This document shows positions 27,430-36,235 of a stretch of DNA of 64,000 nucleotides, piece by piece. The position numbers were made by a program, and so were the translations under genes. The stretch lies in the IMG/VR virus record IMGVR_UViG_3300042922_001018. The stretch is one strand, 5' to 3'. The notes below the pieces were generated by a model. That model did not search any database. It had not been told where the DNA came from and saw only the letters and a program-made list of their open reading frames with translations. Within the stretch, counting starts at the first letter, position 1. Each line of letters starts with the position of its first letter. Source of the DNA: a virus. Its lineage: Duplodnaviria; Heunggongvirae; Uroviricota; Caudoviricetes.

Positions 27430-28019
27430 GCGTCCAAGACTAGCATGCCCTCCGCGAGGAGCGTCTGAGCGTATTCGTAGGCGATTCCCGTGCGATGCAA
27501 CGCGATGACTTCGTCGATGCTCTTCATCGTCATCGTGGGGCGATAGAACAGGGCGGCAAACTCAGGGGGTACTCCGCCTCGGTGGAAACGGCGAGCGGCG
27601 ATGACCGGACGAGACTTCAGGACGTATTCGCTGCGTTCACCAGCCTTGCCGAAGGGGAGAAAGAGCCGCGCCCAGATGGCCGCTTCTGGCTCCCGAGGGT
27701 CAAGACGAAGCATGAGCGGGAGCATCAGTGCGTCGTAGACTCGGCCGATTTGGCGAGTCGTACTTTCGGGGATGTAATGGTTTCGCTCGGACATGTGCAG
27801 CCAGGTGAGGCCCGATACGTCGGCGGTGGCGTATGCGTTCAGGTAGCCGTGCAGAACGTCGATGTCGTCATGGAAGCTGGCGTACAGCGCTGCGCGCTTT
27901 CTTCCCGGCGCGAGCGCATGCTCTGAGACCCAGAAGTCGATGAACGCGCGCAGCGCTTCTTTCGGGTCATCGGGCCGCTTCATGTCAAAACCGTACCACT
28001 TTCGGTACGGTTTTGACAA
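27426..28019 (-). CDS. Array subfamily A protein (197 aa)
   Basis: ASFHDDIDVLHGYL...DPREPEAAIWARLFLP...RGGVPPEFAALF...TGIAYEYAQTLL. Confidence 0.6.
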   Translation of the reverse strand: MSKPYRKWYGFDMKRPDDPKEALRAFIDFWVSEHALAPGRKRAALYASFHDDIDVLHGYLNAYATADVSGLTWLHMSERNHYIPESTTRQIGRVYDALMLPLMLRLDPREPEAAIWARLFLPFGKAGERSEYVLKSRPVIAARRFHRGGVPPEFAALFYRPTMTMKSIDEVIALHRTGIAYEYAQTLLAEGMLVLDA

Positions 28020-28020
28020 G

Positions 28021-28557
28021 TCACCAGCTCTCGCTGAGCGCGATGCGCACGTACTCGGGCGCGAGTCCCTCGTGGTATGCAGAGATGATGAGGCGCTGCG
28101 TTGGACCTTTCATCCCCCGCACGTAGTACGTGGCAGCGTACGCCGCAGGCACTCCAGCTCGATGGAAGCGTCGCGCTGCGATGACCGCTTGGGACTTCAC
28201 GGAACAGTCGGCGTATTCGTCCGTCGGGAGGAATAGGCGTGCCCACTCCGCCACCTCGTCTTCACGCGGGTCAAGGCCCAGCATCGAGGGGAGCATGATG
28301 GCTTCGGCGAGACGGCCGACCTGAGCAGTGACGGCACGCGAAGGATGCGGCATAACGCGTCCCGGCTCGAACCGTTGCCAGAGCAGCTCGCGTACGTCTA
28401 CTCCGACGTATCGGGCTAGGTAGCCGTAGAGGACTTCAACATCATGATGGAAGCTCGCACGGATGCGGTGGCGCTTCTCCGAAGCTGTCATGCTGTACCC
28501 GAGCCAATAGTCGGTCAACATGCGCAGCATCACTGAATGCTGCCGCGCTGTGTCCAT
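28021..28557 (-). CDS. Array subfamily A protein (178 aa)
   Basis: ASFHHDVEVLYGYL...DPREDEVAEWARLFLP...RAGVPAAYAATY...EGLAPEYVRIAL. Confidence 0.6.
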   Translation of the reverse strand: MDTARQHSVMLRMLTDYWLGYSMTASEKRHRIRASFHHDVEVLYGYLARYVGVDVRELLWQRFEPGRVMPHPSRAVTAQVGRLAEAIMLPSMLGLDPREDEVAEWARLFLPTDEYADCSVKSQAVIAARRFHRAGVPAAYAATYYVRGMKGPTQRLIISAYHEGLAPEYVRIALSESW

Positions 28558-28589
28558 GACAGAATCATCTCATTTCTGAGTCGTTTTTG

Positions 28590-29105
28590 TCAACCCGGAT
28601 AGATGGCGAGCCGAGCGTACTCCAGTGGCGTTCCCTCTTCGTACGCGGTAACCACAGCGTCTACGGGGATGTACGCGTGAAGCTGCGGCGGGTCGAACGC
28701 CTGGAAGTAGGAGAGGGGAACGCCGCTGTTGATAGCGTGCCGCACGGCATCAGAGGACCGGAATCTGGTCACTTCGTCGAAGCCGCCTCGCGCCGTCTGC
28801 GCGACACGGGAGGTGGCGAACTTCGCCCATTCGGCGGTCTCAGGGTCTCGCGGGTCCATCTTGTAGTCGTCAGGGAACGTCAGCGTTTCGACACGGTCCG
28901 CGATGAGGTCAGCGTCACGGATTTCCGGGATGTCGTTGTCCCACTCGATGTAGACGAAGGGGACTTCCTGCTCCCCGAACACTCGTCGCAGGTAGGTAAT
29001 GAGCGTCTCGTATTCACCGTAGAGCGTGAGGAGGGCGTCCTTCCGCTGAGGTACCCACGCTCCGAGAATCTCCTCCAGCGTATTGTCGATGCCTGAGCGG
29101 CTCAC
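28590..29105 (-). CDS. Array subfamily A protein (GTG start overlapping upstream stop, GTGA)
   Basis: DPRDPETAEWAKFA...SGVPLSYFQAFDPPQLHAYIPVDAVVTAYEEGTPLEYARLAI. Confidence 0.55.
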   Translation of the reverse strand: MSRSGIDNTLEEILGAWVPQRKDALLTLYGEYETLITYLRRVFGEQEVPFVYIEWDNDIPEIRDADLIADRVETLTFPDDYKMDPRDPETAEWAKFATSRVAQTARGGFDEVTRFRSSDAVRHAINSGVPLSYFQAFDPPQLHAYIPVDAVVTAYEEGTPLEYARLAIYPG

Positions 29106-29596
29106 AGCACGACGCTCAGGTAATCGGCGGGGACACCTTCGCGCCATCCTGCGATGACATCAGTGGTCGGGTACTCACCCCACGGCGCCGTGACGCTGTT
29201 CGCATAGCTCAGCGGTACGCCCGCATCGAGCAGCAGGAACATGTCGTCCGTATCCGGGAACCGCGGGAACGTCCGATACTTGCCGGTCTCCTCGTCGAAG
29301 ATGACCCGCTCGGCAGCAAACACAGCCCAAGCCGCGGTCTCTGCGTCACGCGGGTCCATCCCGCTGCGCACCGGGAAAAGGACGACATCCCCAGGAGTCG
29401 GCTGGTCGATTCCGTGGTTGCCGGTGAGCGCTTGGTCCGCCCAGTCGCCGTAGACGCGCGAGAAGTAGTCCTTGAACACCAGGGCGTCATGGTGGAAGGC
29501 TTCGAGTGTGCTCCACACGCTGACTCGGGGAACATGCTTCTCGACCAGCTCTCGCAGGTCGGTCTTATCGTCTATCAAGTCCAGTAGCTTCGTCAT
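29102..29596 (-). CDS. Array subfamily A protein (start trimmed to MTKLLDLIDD)
   Basis: EAFHHDALVFKDYF...GMDPRDAETAAWAVFA...AGVPLSYANSV...EGVPADYLSVVL. Confidence 0.55.
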   Translation of the reverse strand: MTKLLDLIDDKTDLRELVEKHVPRVSVWSTLEAFHHDALVFKDYFSRVYGDWADQALTGNHGIDQPTPGDVVLFPVRSGMDPRDAETAAWAVFAAERVIFDEETGKYRTFPRFPDTDDMFLLLDAGVPLSYANSVTAPWGEYPTTDVIAGWREGVPADYLSVVL

Positions 29597-30114
29597 GCTG
29601 ACCCTCCGTAGATGATTTCCTGCGCATACTCGACCGCCAGACCCTCTGCGTGTGCCTGGAAGATGCGCTCCAAGGGAAGCTTCTCGCCCCAGTAGGTAAC
29701 GTCGAGAGCCTTCACGTAAGCGAGTGAGACACCGCGCTCGCAGAGCTGCCGCGTGTTCCAGGCGGGAGCGTCGAAACGGCTGAGCGGCATGTAAGCATCC
29801 GGATGTATCTCGATGCTGCGGTGAATAGCGAACGCCGCCCACTCGCCGGTCTCTGGAGACCTGGGGTCCAGACCGCTGAGGAACGGGAATGTGAGGGCTT
29901 CCGGAAGGTCACCGATGGTGGCGAGAATCGCATCTGCCGAGTCGAAGCCGTCCATGACGAGTTTCGTGTTCTTCCCGTAGATGAGAGTCAGGTACTCGCG
30001 CAGCACGTCGAGGTCGTCATGGAAAGACTCCACGTAGGACGCCGTGCTGTTGTCCTTGACCCACCGGCCGATGATGTTGGTCACGGCGCTCGCGTGCTCG
30101 CCCCGTCGGCTCAT
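29593..30114 (-). CDS. Array subfamily A protein (173 aa)
   Basis: ESFHDDLDVLREYL...GLDPRSPETGEWAAFA...RGVSLAYVKAL...EGLAVEYAQEII. Confidence 0.6.
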   Translation of the reverse strand: MSRRGEHASAVTNIIGRWVKDNSTASYVESFHDDLDVLREYLTLIYGKNTKLVMDGFDSADAILATIGDLPEALTFPFLSGLDPRSPETGEWAAFAIHRSIEIHPDAYMPLSRFDAPAWNTRQLCERGVSLAYVKALDVTYWGEKLPLERIFQAHAEGLAVEYAQEIIYGGSA

Positions 30115-30665
30115 GTGCTCACTCCGTAGATAGCTTCGCGCGCGTACTCGACAGGGATGTCAGAGTTCCAGGCGTCGATGATGGCGTCCAATGGGAACAG
30201 GGGCGTCGGACCACAGTCGAGTGCTTTCAGGTAATCGAACGGGATGTCCGCAAGGCGAATACGTCGGTAGGCTTCGGCCGGGTCGCCGAACCGGCCCACG
30301 AACTGAATCTCGGGGTCCGGGAACACCGTATCCCAGCGGTGGCAGAGGAAGTGCGCCCATTCGCTTGTGGAAGGGTCACGCGGGTCCAACCCCGTGAGGG
30401 CAGGGAGCATCAAAGCTTCGCGGATGTCGGCGATGTAACGAGCGGGCTGCTTCTGAACGTCCGTATCGCAGTCCATGACGGCGTACGCCTGGCTGCCGTA
30501 GAGACCGAGGAGGTATCGGCGGAGCACCCAGTAGTCGCGGTCGTAGGTATCCAGGTGAGGTTCGATGTCCACGTCGGTAAGCCAGTGAGACAGCACCTCA
30601 AACAACTGCGCCTCGTTCGTCTCACCGGGGAGACGGGTCTCGGTGCGGAAGCCCTTATCGCTCAC
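30111..30665 (-). CDS. Array subfamily A protein (GTG start, GTGA overlap)
   Basis: GLDPRDPSTSEWAHFL...ADIPFDYLKALDCGPTPLFPLDAIIDAWNSDIPVEYAREAI. Confidence 0.55.
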   Translation of the reverse strand: MSDKGFRTETRLPGETNEAQLFEVLSHWLTDVDIEPHLDTYDRDYWVLRRYLLGLYGSQAYAVMDCDTDVQKQPARYIADIREALMLPALTGLDPRDPSTSEWAHFLCHRWDTVFPDPEIQFVGRFGDPAEAYRRIRLADIPFDYLKALDCGPTPLFPLDAIIDAWNSDIPVEYAREAIYGVST

Positions 30666-31240
30666 GGCTTCGCTCCGTACAGAAGCTCGCGCGCGTACTC
30701 CACGGCGATACCCGACTGGTACAGAGGGATGATGCGTCCGACCGGCATCTTCTTCCGCCACGAGTCGGTATCCAGCGCAAGGGCGTACTCCAGGGGAACA
30801 CCGGCCTTATAGAGCTGGACGACCTCCCCTTGCTCCGCACGCTGACGGTACTCGTAGGTGCCACCCGCGTGGTGCGGTACGAAAGCCTTCGCCCACCGGA
30901 CCGTCTCCGGGTCGCTCGGGTCCATGCCCATCCGTGAGGGGAATGCGAGTAGCGACGGCATGTCTTCCATAAGGGCGGCGCCCATCGGCTTGCCGTGTCG
31001 GTCCCAGATGGCTTGGTGAATGTTCCAGCCGGAGTGAGCAACGAGGTACGCGTCCAACGTGTCCGCATCCTTGAAGCTCGCGATGATGTCGTCGAACTCC
31101 GACGGGAACACTACCCCGGAGACGAGGGGAGGGTTTTGAGCCGCGTCCGCCTTCGGAGTGCACCAGAACTCGACGAGGTCGGAGACGCGCCGGTTAGCAG
31201 GCGGCGCCTCGCCCGGCATGAGGCGACGCGAGAATGGCAT
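30662..31240 (-). CDS. Array subfamily A protein (192 aa)
   Basis: GMDPSDPETVRWAKAF...AGVPLEYALALDTDSWRKKMPVGRIIPLYQSGIAVEYAREL. Confidence 0.6.
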   Translation of the reverse strand: MPFSRRLMPGEAPPANRRVSDLVEFWCTPKADAAQNPPLVSGVVFPSEFDDIIASFKDADTLDAYLVAHSGWNIHQAIWDRHGKPMGAALMEDMPSLLAFPSRMGMDPSDPETVRWAKAFVPHHAGGTYEYRQRAEQGEVVQLYKAGVPLEYALALDTDSWRKKMPVGRIIPLYQSGIAVEYARELLYGAKP

Positions 31241-31272
31241 ATCGCCATCGTACCCCGATGTCTATGCCGGTG

Positions 31273-31464
31273 TCAACCGCCGTTCAGCGCGTTGACGACG
31301 AACCCGATGAGGAGCACGACGCCGAACACTCCGAGTACGACGTACTGGATGCGGTTTGCGAGCAGGAACCGCTGGAAAGTCTTCTTCTGCGCTTCCTCTG
31401 TGACAGCGCGAGTATACTCGGTCGGTTCGGTGGAGTGGGGGTCGAAGTCCGCGGGGCGTTCCAT
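31273..31464 (-). CDS. small membrane protein (63 aa)
   Basis: C-terminal TM YVVLGVFGVVLLIGFVVNAL; divergent from the SPFH gene. Confidence 0.35.
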   Translation of the reverse strand: MERPADFDPHSTEPTEYTRAVTEEAQKKTFQRFLLANRIQYVVLGVFGVVLLIGFVVNALNGG

Positions 31465-31513
31465 CTCTACATCCTACCGGATGGTTTCGGGAAACATGCG
31501 ATAGACTGCCACC

Positions 31514-32500
31514 ATGACAGAAGAGACAGCTCCCGCAGTAGTGGTCATCGACCGCTCCGCCCGCCGCACCGAAGTCGAAGCGAAGGTTCGGGTCGCCGAG
31601 AAGTCGGCTCCGACTGTCGGCCAGGGGCCGACCATCATCGTGCTCATCCTCGCCTCGCTGGCGGGACTCTTCTCCATCTTCAAGGTGGGAGAGGGTATCG
31701 TCACCTCGTTCATCGCCTCGCAGACCTACGGCGCGGTGGCGCCGAGCCAGTCGTACTGGTGGTGGCTGGTCGTGTCCGTCGTCGCCTTTATTCTGCTCGG
31801 GTTCGTGAACTTCCAGCACCCGAACTCCGCCCGTGTGTTCACCCTCTTCGGCAACTACATCGGCACGGTCTCGAAGACCGGCCTCTACATGGTCCCTGTC
31901 CCTTTCCTCGCGAGCACCGCCCTCAGCCTGGCACAAGCAAACTTCGAGAGCGCCTCGCTGAAAATCAACGACAAGCGCGGCAACCCGCTTTCCGTCTCGG
32001 CCATCGTCGTCTATCGAGTGAACAACCCCGCGCAGGCCATCTTCAGCGTCGCGAACTACACCTCCTACCTCGCCACCCAGGTGGAGGCCGCGCTTCGTCA
32101 GGCTGTCGCTCAGCACCCGTACTCGTCGGCGAAGGAGGGCGAGTCTTCGCTCCTGCTGAACAGCGACGAAATCAACGACCAGCTCACGGCCGAAATCGCT
32201 GAGGCTGTGGTCGTCGCCGGAATCGAAATCGTCGAGGCCCGTATCAACAACCTCGCCTACAGTGTGGAGATTGCCCAGGCCATGCTCCAGGTTCAGGCGG
32301 CTGAGGCTATCCTCGAAGCCCGTGAAGTTCTCGTGGAAGGCAGCGTCGGCATCGTCGAGAAGGCGGTCGAGCGCCTGGAGGCGGGAACCGACGGGCACAA
32401 GCCCACCGTCTTCAACGATGAGCAGCGCGTGAAGCTGACGACCAACCTGCTGACAGTCCTCGTGGGCGAGCGCTCGGCTCAGCCGGTCATCGAACTGTAA
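31514..32500 (+). CDS. SPFH/band-7 (stomatin/prohibitin/flotillin-like) membrane protein
   Basis: 328 aa; N-terminal TMs then an SPFH-like core (...KINDKRGNPLSVSAIVVYRV...) and C-terminal Ala/Glu-rich coiled coil; the only plus-strand gene interrupting the array. Confidence 0.75.
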   Translation: MTEETAPAVVVIDRSARRTEVEAKVRVAEKSAPTVGQGPTIIVLILASLAGLFSIFKVGEGIVTSFIASQTYGAVAPSQSYWWWLVVSVVAFILLGFVNFQHPNSARVFTLFGNYIGTVSKTGLYMVPVPFLASTALSLAQANFESASLKINDKRGNPLSVSAIVVYRVNNPAQAIFSVANYTSYLATQVEAALRQAVAQHPYSSAKEGESSLLLNSDEINDQLTAEIAEAVVVAGIEIVEARINNLAYSVEIAQAMLQVQAAEAILEAREVLVEGSVGIVEKAVERLEAGTDGHKPTVFNDEQRVKLTTNLLTVLVGERSAQPVIEL

Positions 32501-32504
32501 GCCG

Positions 32505-32551
32505 AAACGAGAATGCCCCGACCGCATCGCGTGGTCGGGGCATTCTCGTTT
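32505..32551. terminator. Bidirectional rho-independent terminator (19-bp perfect stem, 9-nt loop, flanking A/T tracts)
   Basis: AAACGAGAATGCCCCGACC-gcatcgcgt-GGTCGGGGCATTCTCGTTT, 5 nt after the SPFH stop. Confidence 0.75.
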
Positions 32552-32553
32552 CG

Positions 32554-32694
32554 TTAGACGGTACCGGTTGGATAGACGGTCGCCTGGCCGTGGTCCAGGA
32601 CGATGACTGTCACGCTCTCGGAGAACGGGGCGCTCTGCGCTCGGAGTTCGGCGCCGACCGTCTCGGTCGGGCGTTCATGCTGAGAATCTTCCAT
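32554..32694 (-). CDS. possible small ORF (46 aa)
   Basis: MEDSQHERPTETVGAELRAQSAPFSESVTVIVLDHGQATVYPTGTV; not in the supplied track; weak. Confidence 0.2.
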   Translation of the reverse strand: MEDSQHERPTETVGAELRAQSAPFSESVTVIVLDHGQATVYPTGTV

Positions 32695-32721
32695 AGCCCT
32701 ACGCTAGCGCGGAGCAGTTCG

Positions 32722-33300
32722 TTACGCAAGCGCCCAGGCGTATTCGGGAGTGACGCCCTGCTGATACAGGTCGCGGACTGTCACTGCCGGGTATCTAGCG
32801 TCGGGACCAGGGTCGAGCGCGCGAAGGTAATCTAGGGGCACTCCCGCCTCTCGCAGCCACCGAAGTTCGACGAATGAGACACGCGGGCTGTAGTTCGGGG
32901 AGTGTCGCCCGTCTCGGTTCGGGAGCAGCCTGGGCGCGAAGAACGTCGCCCACCCTCGCGCCTCGTCCGGCTCCATTCCCACGGCTGCGGGGAACTGGAT
33001 GAGCGTCGGAATGTCGTCACGGAGGTCATTGACCATCCAGTACGATTTGAGGCTGGCAGGCGGGTCGTAGAGCGATACGAGAGAGTGCTTGTGGACGCGT
33101 CCGTCGGTCACGTCGGAGAGGAAGGAGAGGATGCTCGCGAGGTCATGGTCGAAGCTCTCCTTGACCAGTTCTTCGGTCTCCTCGACTGTCTGACCTACGG
33201 TGAGCCAGGAACGGCCAAGCCAGGTAGAGACGAAATCGTCAAGCAGCGGGTCGAGGTGCTGTTGCAGCTTCGTCCGCCGGTTGTGATTCCGCTTCGGCAA
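32722..33300 (-). CDS. Array subfamily A protein (192 aa), first member of the array
   Basis: ESFDHDLASILSFL...GMEPDEARGWATFF...EAGVPLDYLRALDPGPDARYPAVTVRDLYQQGVTPEYAWALA. Confidence 0.6.
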   Translation of the reverse strand: MPKRNHNRRTKLQQHLDPLLDDFVSTWLGRSWLTVGQTVEETEELVKESFDHDLASILSFLSDVTDGRVHKHSLVSLYDPPASLKSYWMVNDLRDDIPTLIQFPAAVGMEPDEARGWATFFAPRLLPNRDGRHSPNYSPRVSFVELRWLREAGVPLDYLRALDPGPDARYPAVTVRDLYQQGVTPEYAWALA

Positions 33301-33303
33301 TCG

Positions 33304-33771
33304 TCAGACAGCTTCCACGAGGGACTGGCCGTCGGCCGTGACCTGCACGCGCCCACCGGGGACGGTGATGACGATGGTGTTGTCCGCGAACTTCTCGACC
33401 TGCGGCTCGTAGCCCAGGCCTTCCAGGTGCGCGACGAAGGCCGACACGCTCGCGTCACGGTCGGTCATGTTCAGGGCGGTGTAGATGGCGTGACCGGATT
33501 CCTGCGCGTGCCACGGGGAGAGGGCGCGAAACTCCGGCGTAGCCGTCTCGACGATGCCTTCGCTGACCCAAGCGCCGCTGCGTGCGTCGTAGCGGAAGTG
33601 CTCACGCTTGCTCGTCCACCACTCGCTCGTGTTCTGTCCGAACTCTTCGAGGACGGACACCCAGGCCTGCGTGAACGAGTCCGCGAAGTGGACGACCTTG
33701 TCGCCGACCTTCAGGCCAGCGTACTGAGCGGGACGAAGCCCCTCGGCGGGGAAGACAGTGAGAGCGGTCAT
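33304..33771 (-). CDS. hypothetical protein (155 aa)
   Basis: ORF between the anchored-protein tandem and the array; Trp-rich. Confidence 0.5.
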   Translation of the reverse strand: MTALTVFPAEGLRPAQYAGLKVGDKVVHFADSFTQAWVSVLEEFGQNTSEWWTSKREHFRYDARSGAWVSEGIVETATPEFRALSPWHAQESGHAIYTALNMTDRDASVSAFVAHLEGLGYEPQVEKFADNTIVITVPGGRVQVTADGQSLVEAV

Positions 33772-33830
33772 GGTCGAATCCTTTGGTCAGGTGCGACCAG
33801 AGTATCAGGGCATGACCAGACGTGCAAGTC

Positions 33831-35036
33831 TTACGAGTAGATTTCCTGGAGGTCTTCAGCTACCTGCGCCCAGGTGATGCCGGAAGGAAGAACGAAACCG
33901 GAAGGCTGGTTCCCTGCATACCACGCGGAGCCACCCGTTGCCGGACGGGTGCGCATGACGGACGCCGAGTTGTCCGCCGGACCGACCCACGCATACTGGA
34001 CGGAAGGGTCCGAGGTCGTGGAGGAACCTGAGAAGAACGAGGCGTTCTCGCCCAGCTCGTAGGAAAGGTTCGTGACACGAGCGATGTCGTCGCCTGCGGC
34101 GAACCGCGCGCCTACCGTAACAAGCTGAGGGACATGAAGCTGATTGAAGTCGGTGAGCGTCTGGCGTGGCGTCAGCGTCACAGTGCGCTCAACACGCTGC
34201 CATCCAGATTCTCCGGTGAAGGTGAAGTTGTTCTGGTACGTGGTGCCGTTGGCGCCGTTGATGGGAAGCTCGACCCGCATTGTGGTACCCGCGAGCTGGG
34301 CGGGGAGCCAGATGTCCATGCCGAATGTGACCGTCTGCGACGTGGTCGCTGGGAGCGTGAGGACCGTGCCGCCGTTACCGCCGAGACGTGTTCGGAACGC
34401 CTGCGAAGAGCCATCAGATGAGGCCACTCGCAGCGACCCAGCATTCTCACCGTTCGGCCCAGCACCCGCCTCGAAGACGACGTTCGAGCTGTACCCGCCA
34501 GGGTTCTGGACGTAGTACGTGAGGCCACCCGGCGCCGCATTCGGGTTCGGAAGAAGGTTGCGGCGGGACTCCGCCCACGCACCATACGAGGAGGAACCGT
34601 TGAAGCCGGAAATCTCGAAGATGTCGCCACCTTCAGAACTCCGCGCGTAGACAGCGCCGCTGGCGCTCTTCGTTACAGCAACCCACCCCGCACCGGAAGA
34701 GCGTACGATGGTATTGGTTCCTTCGGACGGCGTGAACCCGATGGCTGCGTCCTGCAACTCAGTGTCCTGCGTGCCGACGTTCGGACCGTAGGACATCGTT
34801 CCGTAGCCGTCGTTCTGCACCATGTACGCGGCTTGCGCGGTCGCGATACGGTCGAGGTCACCCTTCGCGTTGAGGTTGTGTGCGTTCGAGATGAAGCCGG
34901 AGATGGCGAAGGAACCGCCCACGAGCAGGATGAGCGTGATAGCGATGCCCGCGATGATGAGAATGGGGTCAGTTGCGCCGCGCTCCTCGCGCAAACGCGC
35001 GATTTCGGCCTTGCGGGCCTTCAGCCGCTCCATCAT
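33831..35036 (-). CDS. TadE/pseudopilin-like signal-anchor protein, cassette 4 of 4 (401 aa)
   Basis: MMERLKARKAEIARLREERGATDPILIIAGIAITLILLVGGSFAISGFISNAHNLNAKGDLDRIATAQAAY...; conserved C-terminus LPSGITWAQVAEDLQEIYS. Confidence 0.65.
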   Translation of the reverse strand: MMERLKARKAEIARLREERGATDPILIIAGIAITLILLVGGSFAISGFISNAHNLNAKGDLDRIATAQAAYMVQNDGYGTMSYGPNVGTQDTELQDAAIGFTPSEGTNTIVRSSGAGWVAVTKSASGAVYARSSEGGDIFEISGFNGSSSYGAWAESRRNLLPNPNAAPGGLTYYVQNPGGYSSNVVFEAGAGPNGENAGSLRVASSDGSSQAFRTRLGGNGGTVLTLPATTSQTVTFGMDIWLPAQLAGTTMRVELPINGANGTTYQNNFTFTGESGWQRVERTVTLTPRQTLTDFNQLHVPQLVTVGARFAAGDDIARVTNLSYELGENASFFSGSSTTSDPSVQYAWVGPADNSASVMRTRPATGGSAWYAGNQPSGFVLPSGITWAQVAEDLQEIYS

Positions 35037-36235
35037 GAGTTCACATCCCGGAGGTCAGCGGAGACATCATCCCAGGAGATACCGGCGGGGAGGTTCAGGT
35101 CAGCGGGCTTCGCCGAAGGCAGCCACACCTGTCCGGCGCCGGGCAGAAGCGACCGCGTCTCGCGGACAGATGTCGAGCTGTTCTCCGCTCCAGTCCAGCG
35201 TGAACGCTCCGTGGCGGAGCCAGTGCTCGAACCGTCCATGTAAGCACCCTGAGTGCCTTCGAACAGACCCACGGAGTCCCACTTGATGCGGCTGGGCGAA
35301 CCTGCGGTGTCGCCGCCGTACAGGCGAATGGTGTTGTAACCGGTGAAGGCCGCAGGCGTAGTGAACGCGCCAGTGAGGGTGCGCGTGCCTGCCGTGTTCA
35401 CGCCCTGGAAGAGTCCGACCTGCGTGCCATTGAGGTGGACGAAGAGGGAGACCTTCTGTTCCAGACCGGTGGTAGCGCCTGCGGCGATAGAAGTGAACGG
35501 AGCGTCGAGCGTGTACGTGGCCGTGATGGTGTATGTCGTGGAAGGCTTCAGGGAGTTCGCTCCGGTGCCACCACGACCGCCTTCGACGGAACTGATGATG
35601 TCGGCGTATGCGTCTGTATTGGCGTCGGCAGTACGCGTCAAGGCCAGCGAGTAATCGCCGGAGGCTGCCCCCGCAGCCACTCGTGCGCCGGTCACGCGGT
35701 TGTAGCTGACGCCGCTGAGGTCGTTCTCGAAGGAAGGGTTCCGGATGAGGTTACGACGAGTCTCGGTCCACGCGGTGTAACCGTCCGGGTCCGGCCCCAT
35801 TTCGCCGTTCATCTCGAACGTCTTGGCGCTCTCCGATGTGCGAACGAAGACCTTGCCGGAGGCCGACTTCGTAGCCGCTACCCAGCCGTCAGCAGAAGTG
35901 CGGACGACCGTGGAGTTCCCGGCCGTCGGGGTGAAACCGATGGCTGAGTTCTGAAGCTCCGTATTCTGGGCCGCGACATTCGGACCGACGGCGAGCGCAC
36001 CGTACCGGTCGTTGGACGCGAGATACGCGGCCTGGGCGGTCGCGACACGGTCGAGGTCACCCTTCGCGTTCAGGTCATTCGCGTTCGCGATGAAACCGCT
36101 GATGGCGAAGGAACCACCGACGAGCAGGATGAGTGTGATTGCGATACCCGCGATGATGAGGATGGGGTCGGTCGCACCGCGCTCCTCGCGCAGGCGCGCG
36201 ATTTCGGCCTTACGGGCTTTGAGTCGTTCAAGCAT
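35033..36235 (-). CDS. TadE/pseudopilin-like signal-anchor protein, cassette 3 of 4 (400 aa)
   Basis: Near-identical first ~120 aa; C-terminus LPAGISWDDVSADLRDVNS; ATGA overlap with the upstream gene. Confidence 0.65.
   Translation of the reverse strand: MLERLKARKAEIARLREERGATDPILIIAGIAITLILLVGGSFAISGFIANANDLNAKGDLDRVATAQAAYLASNDRYGALAVGPNVAAQNTELQNSAIGFTPTAGNSTVVRTSADGWVAATKSASGKVFVRTSESAKTFEMNGEMGPDPDGYTAWTETRRNLIRNPSFENDLSGVSYNRVTGARVAAGAASGDYSLALTRTADANTDAYADIISSVEGGRGGTGANSLKPSTTYTITATYTLDAPFTSIAAGATTGLEQKVSLFVHLNGTQVGLFQGVNTAGTRTLTGAFTTPAAFTGYNTIRLYGGDTAGSPSRIKWDSVGLFEGTQGAYMDGSSTGSATERSRWTGAENSSTSVRETRSLLPGAGQVWLPSAKPADLNLPAGISWDDVSADLRDVNS

Noticed and set aside
31234-32202. 322-aa plus-strand ORF
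   Set aside because: Out of frame with the SPFH gene on the same strand and Arg/Pro/Gly-rich; the SPFH frame (31514-32500) has the protein-like composition.
31262-32527. 421-aa minus-strand ORF
   Set aside because: Antisense to the well-supported SPFH/band-7 gene (31514-32500); Arg/Asp/Gly-rich low-complexity translation typical of high-GC antisense frames.
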